DNA of 35,343 nt from a virus (lineage: Duplodnaviria > Caudoviricetes), in the IMG/VR virus record IMGVR_UViG_3300017771_000043, positions 1 through 35,343 of that record; one strand, given 5' to 3'. Each line of letters starts with the position of its first letter. Position 1 is the stretch's first letter. The position numbers were made by a program, and so were the translations under genes. Positions 25,745-35,343 of this stretch are shown one piece after another. The notes under the pieces were generated by a model. That model did not search any database. It saw only the letters and a list, made by a program, of their open reading frames with translations, and was not told the origin of the DNA.

Positions 25745-26094
25745 TAGCTCCACATAACTGGCTCGCCTTCACGTATATCTACGTGGACGAATGTCTTTGC
25801 TAGACCCATTCCATTAAAGCAGCCCATCTCTACAGCATGACGTATGATAGAAGCCTTCTGCTGACCGTTTGAGACGTATATGTCTGCAGCTATACCTTTG
25901 GTATGGGTACCACCACCATTTGGCTTACGCGCCTCTATAGAGTGTTTAACAGACCTAAAGCCGCTAGTTATACGGAAACTAAACCCACAGCGCTCACGCA
26001 GCTCATCCAGCTTCTCTAAAAACTCATGCTTCATCTCGTTTTCGCCAGTCTCCTGACAGTTAAACTCATCAAGTGTAAAATATTTATAACTCAA
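25741..26094 (-). CDS. Endolysin, peptidase M15A family
   Basis: YF..DEF.C, ITSGFRS, H..G.AADI and FVHVDIR Zn-binding motifs; likely TTG start overlapping the upstream TGA. Confidence 0.85.
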   Translation of the reverse strand: MSYKYFTLDEFNCQETGENEMKHEFLEKLDELRERCGFSFRITSGFRSVKHSIEARKPNGGGTHTKGIAADIYVSNGQQKASIIRHAVEMGCFNGMGLAKTFVHVDIREGEPVMWSY

Positions 26095-26387
26095 AACGTG
26101 CCCTTCCATACTCTAAATTTATCAAACTCGCCAGACAATATCTTCTTCTTCAATATCTCTGCGCGCGCTGCATTATCACTAGGGCTAACACCAGCCTCTT
26201 TCATCCACTCATTAACTAAGTGCATAGGTATTGTGCCTACTAGCCTGTTTTCGCCTTTAGTGCCAGCCTGTGCGTCTCTAAGCACTCTCGCTCTATGTAG
26301 GTCATCAGACACATCAAAGCGCCTTTCAACTGTAAAATGACGTCCATCTTTATCGTAATGAACCTTCTCATCAATCTCTCTAGCCAT
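26091..26387 (-). CDS. Conserved hypothetical protein downstream of the major capsid gene
   Basis: GGAGA SD before MAREID; VGTIP..LV.EW and FRVWKG motifs. Confidence 0.7.
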   Translation of the reverse strand: MAREIDEKVHYDKDGRHFTVERRFDVSDDLHRARVLRDAQAGTKGENRLVGTIPMHLVNEWMKEAGVSPSDNAARAEILKKKILSGEFDKFRVWKGTF

Positions 26388-26399
26388 TGTAATCTCCAT

Positions 26400-26427
26400 A
26401 AAAAAGGGGCAGCCGTAGCCACCCCTT
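26400..26427 (-). terminator. Intrinsic terminator after the major capsid gene
   Basis: GGGGTGGC-TACG-GCTGCCCC hairpin followed by TTTTTT. Confidence 0.8.
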
Positions 26428-26448
26428 GATTGTACTACAAACTAGCAA

Positions 26449-27396
26449 TTAACCGTTAGTATCAAAGATACCACCGCTAGCTGCTTCGTTTTTAGAGCAA
26501 AGAGTTAGCTCAGTAACTACTTGACGCTTAGTAGCATCACCAGTCTTAGCCATCTCAGTGTTCTTAGTTCCACGTAGAACAGCAACTTCCCACATATCAT
26601 TTTGCAGGATGTATACGTCTGAACCACGGCACTCACGGCTAGGTACAAACTCTACAGTACCCCACGGAGTTACGTAAACGTCTAGCGACTTAACAACAGT
26701 CTCGTCACCAGCTTGCACTTGTGAGCGCTGGTTGTTGTTACCAGCAAAGCCAAGAGCTACGTTCATGTTTACAGGTGAAAGATAAACACGGTCTGGGTTG
26801 CCACCAGAAGTCCAGATTTGCTGCATAACGCTATCGAAGTCATCTTGGGTAAGGTTTTGAGCAGTACCAGCAGTACGTGCATCAGTGCCGTCACCAGCAG
26901 GTGCAGCAGCATCACCACCACCATTTTCTTCGTTAGTTTTAACCCACGCACCTAGACCAGCTAGTTGACGTGCAGCAGTGCTAGAACCAGCTACGGCTGC
27001 TTGGTTAGCAAAAAGTGCTTTCTCAATATCTAGTTTTTGCTCACGAGCAATTTTTAGAGTTTGATATGCAATCTCTTGCTTACGACCAGCTTTGTTTACG
27101 CCTTCATCTGTATCAGGAATAACTACAGCGTTTTTAAAGATTTGCGTACGGTTGACCAAACGAGTTGTTGGTGACACTGCATTAAAGGTTGTTTCATCAC
27201 CTTCAATGTGCGCGTTAGAAGCTGAGCTACGCAAAGTGTCTGTTTGCCATTCAACTAAAGTGCTTTTAGCTTTAGTTTTTTTACAAGCTGAGTAAAAAGG
27301 AGTTTCATCTGGAGTAATGTTGTGGATTACGTCAGATAGGTCCTCGCGAATACCTACCGAATCGTAGGTGTCAAAAGTGTTTGCTACTTGTGTCAT
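26449..27396 (-). CDS. Major capsid protein (DUF5309/SU10-like)
   Basis: GIREDLSDVI.NI.P.ETPF, EWQTD.L, N.TQIF motifs; follows the scaffold; strong terminator. Confidence 0.9.
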   Translation of the reverse strand: MTQVANTFDTYDSVGIREDLSDVIHNITPDETPFYSACKKTKAKSTLVEWQTDTLRSSASNAHIEGDETTFNAVSPTTRLVNRTQIFKNAVVIPDTDEGVNKAGRKQEIAYQTLKIAREQKLDIEKALFANQAAVAGSSTAARQLAGLGAWVKTNEENGGGDAAAPAGDGTDARTAGTAQNLTQDDFDSVMQQIWTSGGNPDRVYLSPVNMNVALGFAGNNNQRSQVQAGDETVVKSLDVYVTPWGTVEFVPSRECRGSDVYILQNDMWEVAVLRGTKNTEMAKTGDATKRQVVTELTLCSKNEAASGGIFDTNG

Positions 27397-27406
27397 AATA
27401 GTGTCC

Positions 27407-28432
27407 TCAAGTTTCCATAATTAAAGCCATAGCGTCCTGAATGGAGCCTGACTTGGATAAGTTTTGTCGTTGCTTCTTACGTACTTGAGCGTTCGAATTA
27501 CTCTTCTTAGCACCAGCCTTCACAGGGCGTTTTCTACGCTTAGCAGGCTTAGCCTTCTCTTCGGCAGCCTTTTTACCAGACATAATCTCTTGATACTTAA
27601 TGGCGTCATGCAATACACGTATCGCACGGTGGTCCATTACGTTCGCAATCTCATCTGGCTCGTATCCATAAACTTGCGTACCAGAAACTAGAATCTTCTC
27701 TTTGATAGCAGAAGCCTTGTCTTGGTCTGCAAAGTCAGGGATAACCTTTTGTAGATTAGCCATCTCTTGCTGCAGGTAGGCTTGCTTCGCTGCTTCCTCA
27801 GCCTGAGTTTGCTGCTTAGTCACACTTTCCATTTGCTTTATCTGCTTCGTGTACGACTCTAGCTGCTCATCGTACTTTAACTTAGCGTCCATGTAGCCAA
27901 TGGGGTCTGTGTTAAACAGTTCTCTTGCTGGTTCAACAGGTGGCGTAGCCAACGTGCCTTCTTGTGCCTGCTGGTATAGCTGAGCAATATTCTGTCGCTC
28001 TTGCAATAGGGCAGAGTAAACATCTTCAGCTTGTTTCCTAGCTTCAGCTGCTTCTTGCATACCCTTTTGGACGTATTGTTGACCACTGTATCCACGCTTG
28101 AGGTCATCTAGGGTAACAATCTCGGTCTTGCCGTCAACTTTGACGGTGAAAGTTTGTGCCTGTGACTCAGCTTGCTCAGTATCTTCTTCGTCCTCTTCGG
28201 ATTCTCCATCATCCTCATCTGATTCTTCGTCCGACTCTTCGTCATCTTCATCAGGGAGCTCGTCCTCAACTTCCTCTTCGCCTTCTTCATCTTGCTCCAG
28301 AGTGGCTTCTTCAGTCTCCTCTTCAGGTTCTTCAGAAACTTCTTCTTCAATCTGTTCTGGCTCTTCAGGTTGTATCATACTCGCTATGGCGCTTTCTATG
28401 CTGCCATCATTCAAAGTTTCAGTCGTTTCCAC
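27407..28432 (-). CDS. Capsid scaffolding protein
   Basis: Very acidic N-terminus, FTVKVDG...VTLDDLKRGYS motif, coiled coil, basic C-terminus. Confidence 0.85.
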   Translation of the reverse strand: METTETLNDGSIESAIASMIQPEEPEQIEEEVSEEPEEETEEATLEQDEEGEEEVEDELPDEDDEESDEESDEDDGESEEDEEDTEQAESQAQTFTVKVDGKTEIVTLDDLKRGYSGQQYVQKGMQEAAEARKQAEDVYSALLQERQNIAQLYQQAQEGTLATPPVEPARELFNTDPIGYMDAKLKYDEQLESYTKQIKQMESVTKQQTQAEEAAKQAYLQQEMANLQKVIPDFADQDKASAIKEKILVSGTQVYGYEPDEIANVMDHRAIRVLHDAIKYQEIMSGKKAAEEKAKPAKRRKRPVKAGAKKSNSNAQVRKKQRQNLSKSGSIQDAMALIMET

Positions 28433-28674
28433 GGTGCTGCTCCTTTCTCTTCTTTCTTATCGTAGATTGCCTCGTCTGCAAATACAGTGTTGAAGTAATC
28501 TTCGATACAGTTAAGCGCACGTACAATGTCATGCGCGTCTTTAATAGCATCTATTGATGCTCCGCTGTCCAAGAACACACTAGTTTGTCGTTCTCGAATC
28601 TGTGACAAGACTTCCATAAAGGTTTCGTCTTGCGCCAGCGCGCGTGCTCGGCTGGCTTTATCTTTTATATTCAA
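28411..28674 (-). CDS. Small conserved protein between portal and scaffold
   Basis: Position and helical ARALAQDETF pattern. Confidence 0.7.
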   Translation of the reverse strand: MNIKDKASRARALAQDETFMEVLSQIRERQTSVFLDSGASIDAIKDAHDIVRALNCIEDYFNTVFADEAIYDKKEEKGAAPWKRLKL

Positions 28675-28679
28675 ATCGT

Positions 28680-30743
28680 TTATCCGTTAGGTTGTCTGGG
28701 TGCTGCTTGTGCTGTCTTAACTGCAGCAACATCAACAGCCGTACCATACTGCCCAAGAATCTTAGCTGCATCTACTAATAAATCTTGGTCCATTTGGTCA
28801 CGCTTCAAATCATCATCTGCCATCGCTTTCTGTGCATCCAACTGCACTTTAGCCATGTCACTTTGCGCCTTCGCTTGCGCTTTAATCTGTTCAGCTTGTA
28901 TGTACGCTTCTTGCTGCGTCATCTGTGGTGGCTGCTGTGCTTTCTGCATCTCTTGCTGCTGCATCAACTGCGCTTCCATCTGCTCATCCATAGGCTGGAA
29001 GTAACGGTTAGAGTTACGCAAACCATTCATAGCTAGCATATCAGCTAATGTGTTTCGTATGTTAGTTAGACTAACCATGCCATTGCCTACACCGTATGCT
29101 TGGAATATCTGCATCTGCATCTGTAGTGCCTGAGCTAGTGCAGCCTGCTTCTGGTCCTCTTGCCCTGTACCAAGCCCTACGTTAACGCTAACGTCCATCT
29201 TCTTGTCCCAGCTACGTGGGTCAATAGGCTCGTAGTTATTGCCTGATACGCGCATTATAGTCTCTTCATCGCAGTTCTCTACAACCAGTTTAAGAAGTAG
29301 TTTGAACAACTGCGAAACACCGCCTTCAGCTAGGTTTCTAGCCATTATCTCAGTCTGACTTGCTGCACCTTGCATGGTAGCCATTACAGCCGTTGCAGTC
29401 TTAGCTTGCAGGGCATCAGGATTCAGTCCAAGACTAGCTTTAGATATGCCAGTCTTATTCTCAATCTCTTGGTCGTAATACTGTATGGCTGACAATGTTT
29501 GTCCAGCAACAAATGGAACAGTCAAAGGTTGTATAGACCCATTCTGTTTCACTCGTACAACACCACCGATTTCGTTGTTTAGAACGTCATCAATGTTTAC
29601 CGAACCGTCTAATATCTCAGTTCGTGGGTTGTTCGTTAATGCAATGTTATCAAGAACACCACGTAGCAATGCCGTAGCACTGTCTTGGTCATTCATAATA
29701 AGGTCTGCAACACTTGTGCCAAAGAACGTATGCGGCTCAGGGTCAACCTCAAACACTGCAAATGGTAGGTGACCGTACTCTTCTACATCTAGTACCTTGT
29801 AGTTGTCACCACCCAATAATAATCTGTGTAGCTGTGGTACACCTGTGCCATCAACATCCATCTTGATGTATAGCTCAGTAACCATAACCTTACGCATACT
29901 CAGGTCTTGCTCATCATCGTCATGCGTATCAACATAGCCTGTGCGTGTAAAATCTTCTAAATCAGCAAATGAGCCAGAGTCATCCATGTTGCCGAGTTCA
30001 ACAACATCTTCAAACGCAAAACCCATCTCAACTAAATCACCAACGCGCATATCTGTTCTGTGGCATACAGCGTATGCATCTTCTAAACTACGAGCACTTG
30101 CGTCTACAAAAAACTCTTCAGGCGGTACGCTTTCAATTTTTATATCGCCCATCTCAGCAGAGCGCATCACCTTTAAATCGTGTCTAGGTGACTCCATCTC
30201 CATGCCCATCTGGTCAATCTCAATCTCCATGCGCGTAACGTGCTCAACAACTTCGATGCCATCGTCATTAACAATAGCAGTAAACTCCATGTCGTTAAGG
30301 TTGTTAAAGTCGTAAATCTCGCCTTCTACGGTTGTGTCATAGTACGCCTTAACAATGCCGTTCTTTTTAAGTAGAGCGTCATGTATTGCGTCTGCTAGGA
30401 CCTTATAACCACCTAGCTCCTCAAACTTGTAGTTAACAAACTTTGTAGCTTGCTCAGCAAACTGTACGTGGTCTGGACCGCTAGGTATAAATTCAACAGC
30501 TCTGTCTGTTTGTAAGAATACTCTCATCAAACTAGGCTTAATAGAACGTATAACGTCACGCACCTTAGTAGCTACAATAGTAGAGCGTCCTTCTTCCTCA
30601 CCAATATCTACCTCGCCCTCATAATATCTTTGAGCTTTAATACGAGATGGAGCTACTTCTGACTCTACAAAATCAACGCAGTTTTCTACTGCTGATTGTG
30701 CAATAGATTGTATGTCTCTTTCTGATAATGGTTTAGCTTCCAC
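28680..30743 (-). CDS. Portal protein (P22-like)
   Basis: RYYEG, VRD.I..I.PSLMRVF, DALLKKNGIVK, VPPEEF and V.VGLGTG motifs with a Gln-rich C-terminal barrel; GTG start with GGAG SD. Confidence 0.9.
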   Translation of the reverse strand: MEAKPLSERDIQSIAQSAVENCVDFVESEVAPSRIKAQRYYEGEVDIGEEEGRSTIVATKVRDVIRSIKPSLMRVFLQTDRAVEFIPSGPDHVQFAEQATKFVNYKFEELGGYKVLADAIHDALLKKNGIVKAYYDTTVEGEIYDFNNLNDMEFTAIVNDDGIEVVEHVTRMEIEIDQMGMEMESPRHDLKVMRSAEMGDIKIESVPPEEFFVDASARSLEDAYAVCHRTDMRVGDLVEMGFAFEDVVELGNMDDSGSFADLEDFTRTGYVDTHDDDEQDLSMRKVMVTELYIKMDVDGTGVPQLHRLLLGGDNYKVLDVEEYGHLPFAVFEVDPEPHTFFGTSVADLIMNDQDSATALLRGVLDNIALTNNPRTEILDGSVNIDDVLNNEIGGVVRVKQNGSIQPLTVPFVAGQTLSAIQYYDQEIENKTGISKASLGLNPDALQAKTATAVMATMQGAASQTEIMARNLAEGGVSQLFKLLLKLVVENCDEETIMRVSGNNYEPIDPRSWDKKMDVSVNVGLGTGQEDQKQAALAQALQMQMQIFQAYGVGNGMVSLTNIRNTLADMLAMNGLRNSNRYFQPMDEQMEAQLMQQQEMQKAQQPPQMTQQEAYIQAEQIKAQAKAQSDMAKVQLDAQKAMADDDLKRDQMDQDLLVDAAKILGQYGTAVDVAAVKTAQAAPRQPNG

Positions 30744-30751
30744 GTTATCTC

Positions 30752-32602
30752 CTATTGTCCAGCTGGTTGTGCAGCTTGCTGTACTGCGCCTGTTCTAGCG
30801 CCAGTGGCTAAAGTGCTAACAGCTGCTTCAGCTTTACGTAATAACTCGCCTAATGCACGCTTATCTTTAAGCGCTGTCTCTACTAGTGTTGGGTCCTCGC
30901 TAAATAAGACCTTAACTACTTGTAGCATTTGCTCATCAGATAAACCTTTGCCTGATGGTATAGTGTCTCTAAGTATTCTTATCAATGAGAACATATCACC
31001 TTGCGAGCCTCTTAAAGCATCTTCTGCTGAAACTCGTGAACCCATTTTCTCTTGCTGTCGCTGCAGTGCTTGTGTAGGTGAGCCAAACTCAGGTCTAACA
31101 CGTTGAGCAACTTGAGTAGCCTCTGCTGCTCTTCCTACTGCACCCAACACACTATCTGCTTGCTGTGGTGGCAGTATAACACGTAATGCAGCACCTATTT
31201 GTTTATCTTCATTTGCTAAATCTCTTAGCATTACACCACTCTTTCTAGCCTGATTGTTAAGAGCGTCTAATGCACCAGCTCTGAATGCCTCTAGCGCCTC
31301 TGGTGCCATTTGCTCTATTATGTAAGACAGCTCATCTACATTCATAGTTAGCGCTTTGTTGCGCGCAAGATTAAAGGCATTTCTGGCAGTGCTATTTGTT
31401 GCAAACTGTTGCCTAACTGATGCAAGTTCTGGAGAAGCCGCGTCTATCGGTGTTTTTAAAGATTTTTCTAAGTCGCTAACAATTGCGCCCATTGTGCCGC
31501 GACCAGCATCAAACTGTCCCTTAGATATATCTTTTAAAGTTCTGCGCAATATTTCAGCATCTTCTAAACTAGGCGTGCGCACAAACTCTATGCTGCCATC
31601 ATCTGCTTTTTTAAACAATGGTACTATGTTTCTTGCACGATATATACTAACTAGCTCATCAGCTGCTTGTGGCATTCTTTGTATGACGCTGAGCATTTGC
31701 TCTTGCAGACTAGCTGGTACAGCAGCGCCACCTTCAAACACTTCTTGATAGCCCTTGCGCTCCTGTGCTTTTATCTGTTCGTCAGACTGTTTCATAGCAC
31801 GGATAACATTAGGGTCTTGAAACTGTGGTGCTAAAGCGCCTTTTAACTCTTCCTGTGCAGCAGTGCGTGTTGATGCTGCTCTACCTGCAGATGATGCTAG
31901 TATTTCAGCTTTAGTTAAACCGCCTTCGTTAACCATAGCTTTAATTGAATTAACTAGTGTCATGTTATCTGCCATAATGCGCCCTTCAGCTACATCTGCT
32001 ATGACCTCATCTACAGACTTGCCTGTTTCTTCTACAAGTCGTAATAATTCAGCTTGTACTGCATTGTCTGCCTTATCGCCAAACTTCTTGCGCACAAAGT
32101 TAATAACCTTGCCAAATATTGGACCAGTTAACCTAACACCGCCTTCTACAACTGCACCAAACCCAACGCCTTGCGCTGTGTTACCTAGCGCTTCTAGCTG
32201 ACTTTGACTAGCACTTAAATCACCTTCACTGTAACCTATTGCAGATGCTGCTGACTCACCTAATAAAACCTTGCCAGTACGCATTAAGTTAGCCCCACCT
32301 GCTGGCGCGCCAAAACCAGTCATTGATAAAGCAATAGAGGGAACAAGTGCGCCTGCTAATTCGTATGTTAAAGCCTCACCTTGATTAGCCTTTTTGTAAG
32401 CAGTAAGTTTAGCTCTGAGCTCGTCACGTATCTCGTCATACTGGCGGTCAGAAAATCCAGACCTGATAAATGCTTCAACCTCATCAGCGAAACCAAACGT
32501 CAAACCTTGTGCTGCTGTACGTGCACGTTGTGACTCAACAGGAGCAGTAGGCTCAACTTTAGGCTTATATTTATCTAATATCTGCTGCTTAGTTTGCGCC
32601 AT
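30752..32602 (-). CDS. Putative internal virion / DNA ejection protein
   Basis: AQGLTFGFADE motif; Ala/Gly-rich and helical, 616 aa. Confidence 0.6.
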   Translation of the reverse strand: MAQTKQQILDKYKPKVEPTAPVESQRARTAAQGLTFGFADEVEAFIRSGFSDRQYDEIRDELRAKLTAYKKANQGEALTYELAGALVPSIALSMTGFGAPAGGANLMRTGKVLLGESAASAIGYSEGDLSASQSQLEALGNTAQGVGFGAVVEGGVRLTGPIFGKVINFVRKKFGDKADNAVQAELLRLVEETGKSVDEVIADVAEGRIMADNMTLVNSIKAMVNEGGLTKAEILASSAGRAASTRTAAQEELKGALAPQFQDPNVIRAMKQSDEQIKAQERKGYQEVFEGGAAVPASLQEQMLSVIQRMPQAADELVSIYRARNIVPLFKKADDGSIEFVRTPSLEDAEILRRTLKDISKGQFDAGRGTMGAIVSDLEKSLKTPIDAASPELASVRQQFATNSTARNAFNLARNKALTMNVDELSYIIEQMAPEALEAFRAGALDALNNQARKSGVMLRDLANEDKQIGAALRVILPPQQADSVLGAVGRAAEATQVAQRVRPEFGSPTQALQRQQEKMGSRVSAEDALRGSQGDMFSLIRILRDTIPSGKGLSDEQMLQVVKVLFSEDPTLVETALKDKRALGELLRKAEAAVSTLATGARTGAVQQAAQPAGQ

Positions 32603-33705
32603 TATTGGTCAGCCTCTAAGTAAGCCTTTCTGTCATCGCTTGTCATCTCATTCCATACCGCATACGTCATATTAGGGTCGCCAATAGGGTATGCAGCTAA
32701 AGTATCGTAGCCTTCTTGCACTTGTTTTGCAGTCTCATCCATGTACTCGCTCAGTGATATACCGCTTTGCAGGTAACGCGCTTTCTTAGTCATCTCACGA
32801 TATAGCTTGTTTTGCGCCTGTATCTTTCTGTCTAAGTATTTAACTAACGCTGGTCCTTCTAAGCTGTCTGGTATGTCTTTACTCAATGCTAGGTTTAATT
32901 CAGCTTCGCTCAAAGCACCAAATGTAGCACTGTTGATAACGTCAATACCTAAAGTAGTTCTTAAACTTCTGAATAACGCTGTGTTCGCGTTAAACGCTGG
33001 CAAATACCTTTCTACCAAGCCAGTTTGTACATCGCCATCAGCAACTAAGTCCCTAGCCTGCTTCATTATGTTAATAGAACGGTCTATCTGCTCTGCAGCA
33101 TCAAATATCTCAACACCTCGTGTACGCGCATCATCAACATCTTGCAGCCTAAATGCTTGGTCTGCTTCTCGTTGCGCTTTCTGCGCTGGTGTTTCACCAA
33201 TAGCGCCAGTTACATCAACACGTCTACCTACGCCTGTGTTAGGGTCATATTCTGTTACATACTGCTGTCCAGTCACAGGGTCTGTTTGTATGCCTGACGA
33301 TTGTTTGGCATAGTTAGTGCCAATAATAGACTTCATTGCATCTGTAGCTAATGCTGGGTTAGCACGTACTGCGTTAGCTAATTCTGTCTGCCCCTGCTGC
33401 TCTAAATACTGTACTGTTTTGTTAGCAGATGACATATCTAAAGCACGCTGTGCAACACTAGCGTCAGGGTTCATACGCATGGTATTAAATGCGGCAGCTA
33501 ACTGTGCTCTATAAGCAGGGTCTGCTAGCTTAGCGCGTGCCTTGTCAAAGAAGCTAGCCTTTTGTACAGGTGCTTGTGCAGGAGCAGGTGGTAAGTTACG
33601 ACTGTACTCACTGCGCTCTACGATAGGCGCTTGCCCACCAAACATCTGCTGCTGTAGTTTTTGCTCTAGGGTCTGTGGCGCACTTAATCTGTCTAGCAGG
33701 CTCAT
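32602..33705 (-). CDS. Putative internal virion / ejection protein
   Basis: TFGALSEAEL motif; helical; TAATG-coupled. Confidence 0.55.
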   Translation of the reverse strand: MSLLDRLSAPQTLEQKLQQQMFGGQAPIVERSEYSRNLPPAPAQAPVQKASFFDKARAKLADPAYRAQLAAAFNTMRMNPDASVAQRALDMSSANKTVQYLEQQGQTELANAVRANPALATDAMKSIIGTNYAKQSSGIQTDPVTGQQYVTEYDPNTGVGRRVDVTGAIGETPAQKAQREADQAFRLQDVDDARTRGVEIFDAAEQIDRSINIMKQARDLVADGDVQTGLVERYLPAFNANTALFRSLRTTLGIDVINSATFGALSEAELNLALSKDIPDSLEGPALVKYLDRKIQAQNKLYREMTKKARYLQSGISLSEYMDETAKQVQEGYDTLAAYPIGDPNMTYAVWNEMTSDDRKAYLEADQ

Positions 33706-33706
33706 G

Positions 33707-34126
33707 CTAAGCTCCGTACATACTTTTCAACATATCAAATAAACTGGATGGCGCTGTAGGCGCGTATGGGTTTTTTCTCGGTGCTTCTAATGGCACATAC
33801 TGTGCGTTAGATGCTACTAGCGCATGATGCTGTGGAGTCTCTGCATTCACTTTAGCCAACCTATCTCCAAAGCTACTAGGCTTGCTCATACCCCCTAAAC
33901 CGCTCAATCCACCAGTAGTAGGCGCTGATGCCGTTGATGGTGTTGCGCCCATGCTGCTAAGCGCGCTGCCTATGTTGTTTATGCCACCAGATTGCTGTGC
34001 TGCTAATTGTGCTGGAGCCTGCGATATAGCAGAAACTGGCATAGTCGGAAAAGCTGCAGCTGTAGACGCTGCTGGTCCAGACTGTAAGAGCGCTGCTAGC
34101 ATTGTAGGGTCTATTGGTACTGTCAT
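33707..34126 (-). CDS. Low-complexity Ala/Ser/Gly/Pro-rich protein, possibly internal virion
   Basis: AAGGA SD; tiles the operon. Confidence 0.65.
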   Translation of the reverse strand: MTVPIDPTMLAALLQSGPAASTAAAFPTMPVSAISQAPAQLAAQQSGGINNIGSALSSMGATPSTASAPTTGGLSGLGGMSKPSSFGDRLAKVNAETPQHHALVASNAQYVPLEAPRKNPYAPTAPSSLFDMLKSMYGA

Positions 34127-34145
34127 AATAATTCCTTGAGTTTTA

Positions 34146-34886
34146 TTAGCCGAACAAGCCCATGCCCATAGTTAAATAGTCAAACAAACCGAGGTCTTTT
34201 CTAGTTTGCTGTGACTGCGGAATAGTAGATGCACCTAATGCTTGTGACAATATGCCAATAGTATCCATAGGTCTGCCAACGTAGCCTTCAAACTGCTGCT
34301 TACCTGCGTCAATTAACTGTTGCTGCATCATTTGCTGTAGCGTGCCTTGCTTCATAATGTCAGACTGTATGTCACGACCCATGCCAAAACCTAAGTTAGC
34401 AATGTTAGACAATTGTCCGCCTGCAGCTAGTCTTTGATTTGCACCAGCTAAATCTGTTTGTTGGTTAGCTAAATCAGCCTGCAATGTACGCTGTATATCT
34501 TGCCCTGCTAGGTTCTGTGCTTGCTGAAACCCTTGCTGTCTTAATCCACTTGCCATTGCACCAGCTCTGTCATAAAAGTTTCTGTTAGACTCTGCTTGTG
34601 CTATGCCGTGCCGTGAACCACCAAAAGCGCCTGCTTGACCCATCTGGAAGTCAGACACGTTTTGCTGCATTTGTCGTGCACGCTCCATATCTGCCAGTGA
34701 TTGGTCAACAACCTGTGTTTCATAGGGGTTAGTGTATGCGCTCAGGTCTGTACCTGCTACTTGACCAGCCTGTACTGCCATTGGTCTATATTGTGTGCCT
34801 TGTGCTGCAGTTTGACCTGCTACCTGCATACCTTGCGCTGCACCTTGCATTATGTTGGGCTGACCGCCCATTGCTGCATTAGCCAT
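34146..34886 (-). CDS. Gln/Ala/Gly-rich DNA pilot/ejection protein
   Basis: YTNPYETQVVD and AGAFGGSRHGIA motifs. Confidence 0.65.
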   Translation of the reverse strand: MANAAMGGQPNIMQGAAQGMQVAGQTAAQGTQYRPMAVQAGQVAGTDLSAYTNPYETQVVDQSLADMERARQMQQNVSDFQMGQAGAFGGSRHGIAQAESNRNFYDRAGAMASGLRQQGFQQAQNLAGQDIQRTLQADLANQQTDLAGANQRLAAGGQLSNIANLGFGMGRDIQSDIMKQGTLQQMMQQQLIDAGKQQFEGYVGRPMDTIGILSQALGASTIPQSQQTRKDLGLFDYLTMGMGLFG

Positions 34887-34897
34887 GCTAAATACCT

Positions 34898-35343
34898 TTA
34901 ACTAGAAAATTTTCTAAAGCGTCTTTCCATTGGCGTATTGTAGAAAGAAGAAATATCATCATCACCTGTTGGAACAGGGTTGCCAAACAATGCGTCATAC
35001 TGCGCTTGCATTTCTGGGTCCCTAGCAGCTAGCTCTTGTTGTGCTTGCTCAAATAATGGGAATGCGCTGTATCCACGAATACCGCCAGCAAACTCTTGTG
35101 GGGGTGGCATATCAGCTAACGCTGTTTGCGGACCAGACAAGCCAAATGCTTGTGCAGCGTCTAGCTGGCTTTGCATAGCAGATTGCTGTGTTGGATTGAA
35201 TGCAGCTAAATCAGGACCCATATAGGGCTGGTAACCAATTTGTTGCACTGCCTCAGCTCTTGCTAAGTTGCGCTTTGTAGGCTCTTTTGCCCACTCTGGA
35301 ATGTCTGATGTGGTGGTTTGACCACCGCCTTTACCGCCAGCCA
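34898..35343 (-). CDS. Putative virion/ejection protein; start codon clipped by the window edge
   Basis: Frame stays open beyond 35248 to the edge: (M)AGGKGGGQTTTSDIPEWAKEP...YQPYMGPDLAAF. Only the first base of the start codon is missing. Confidence 0.75.
   Translation of the reverse strand, partial: AGGKGGGQTTTSDIPEWAKEPTKRNLARAEAVQQIGYQPYMGPDLAAFNPTQQSAMQSQLDAAQAFGLSGPQTALADMPPPQEFAGGIRGYSAFPLFEQAQQELAARDPEMQAQYDALFGNPVPTGDDDISSFYNTPMERRFRKFSS

Noticed and set aside
28098-28557. Ser-rich and other plus-strand ORFs over the scaffold gene
   Set aside because: These are antisense shadows of the Glu/Asp-rich scaffold codons.
29485-35225. Plus-strand ORFs over the portal and ejection genes
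   Set aside because: These are antisense shadow frames.
1-35343. Terminal repeat / closed circle (both ends read CCA)
   Set aside because: The match is only 3 nt, and direct joining would truncate the left-edge gene at about 35 aa. A gap is more likely.

Overview
The window is a near-complete (~35 kb) genome of a tailed dsDNA phage with podovirus-type, P22/T7-like virion genes. The gene families resemble uncultured marine Proteobacteria phages; the host is inferred, not shown. Both ends cut through genes. The right arm (minus strand, 35343->25741) encodes putative internal virion/ejection proteins, portal, scaffold, major capsid and an M15 endolysin. A short plus-strand block (22954->25744) encodes a Cro-like HTH, a lambda-O-like initiator with internal iterons, NinB/NinG-like genes and three tiny basic proteins. 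The long minus-strand block (22823->1) encodes Sak(Rad52)/exonuclease/SSB, early hypotheticals, a metallophosphoesterase, terminase, a tandem ADP-ribosyltransferase-like protein, the head-tail adaptor, a GTA-type head-spike base with three lectin-like fibre genes, a holin-flanked cassette of exported proteins, the tail stabilisation protein and a tail fibre. I saw no DNA polymerase, integrase, CI, tRNA, CRISPR array or reverse transcriptase. The best leads are: the two-domain ART-like polyprotein with repeated signal-peptide-like linkers; fibre genes that seem to donate a terminal strand to the next gene; an intergenic pseudoknotted RNA; the exported three-gene cassette; and a dockerin-like insertion. 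Two in-frame TGA codons and other point anomalies suggest base-calling errors. All family assignments come from motif recognition, with no database search.
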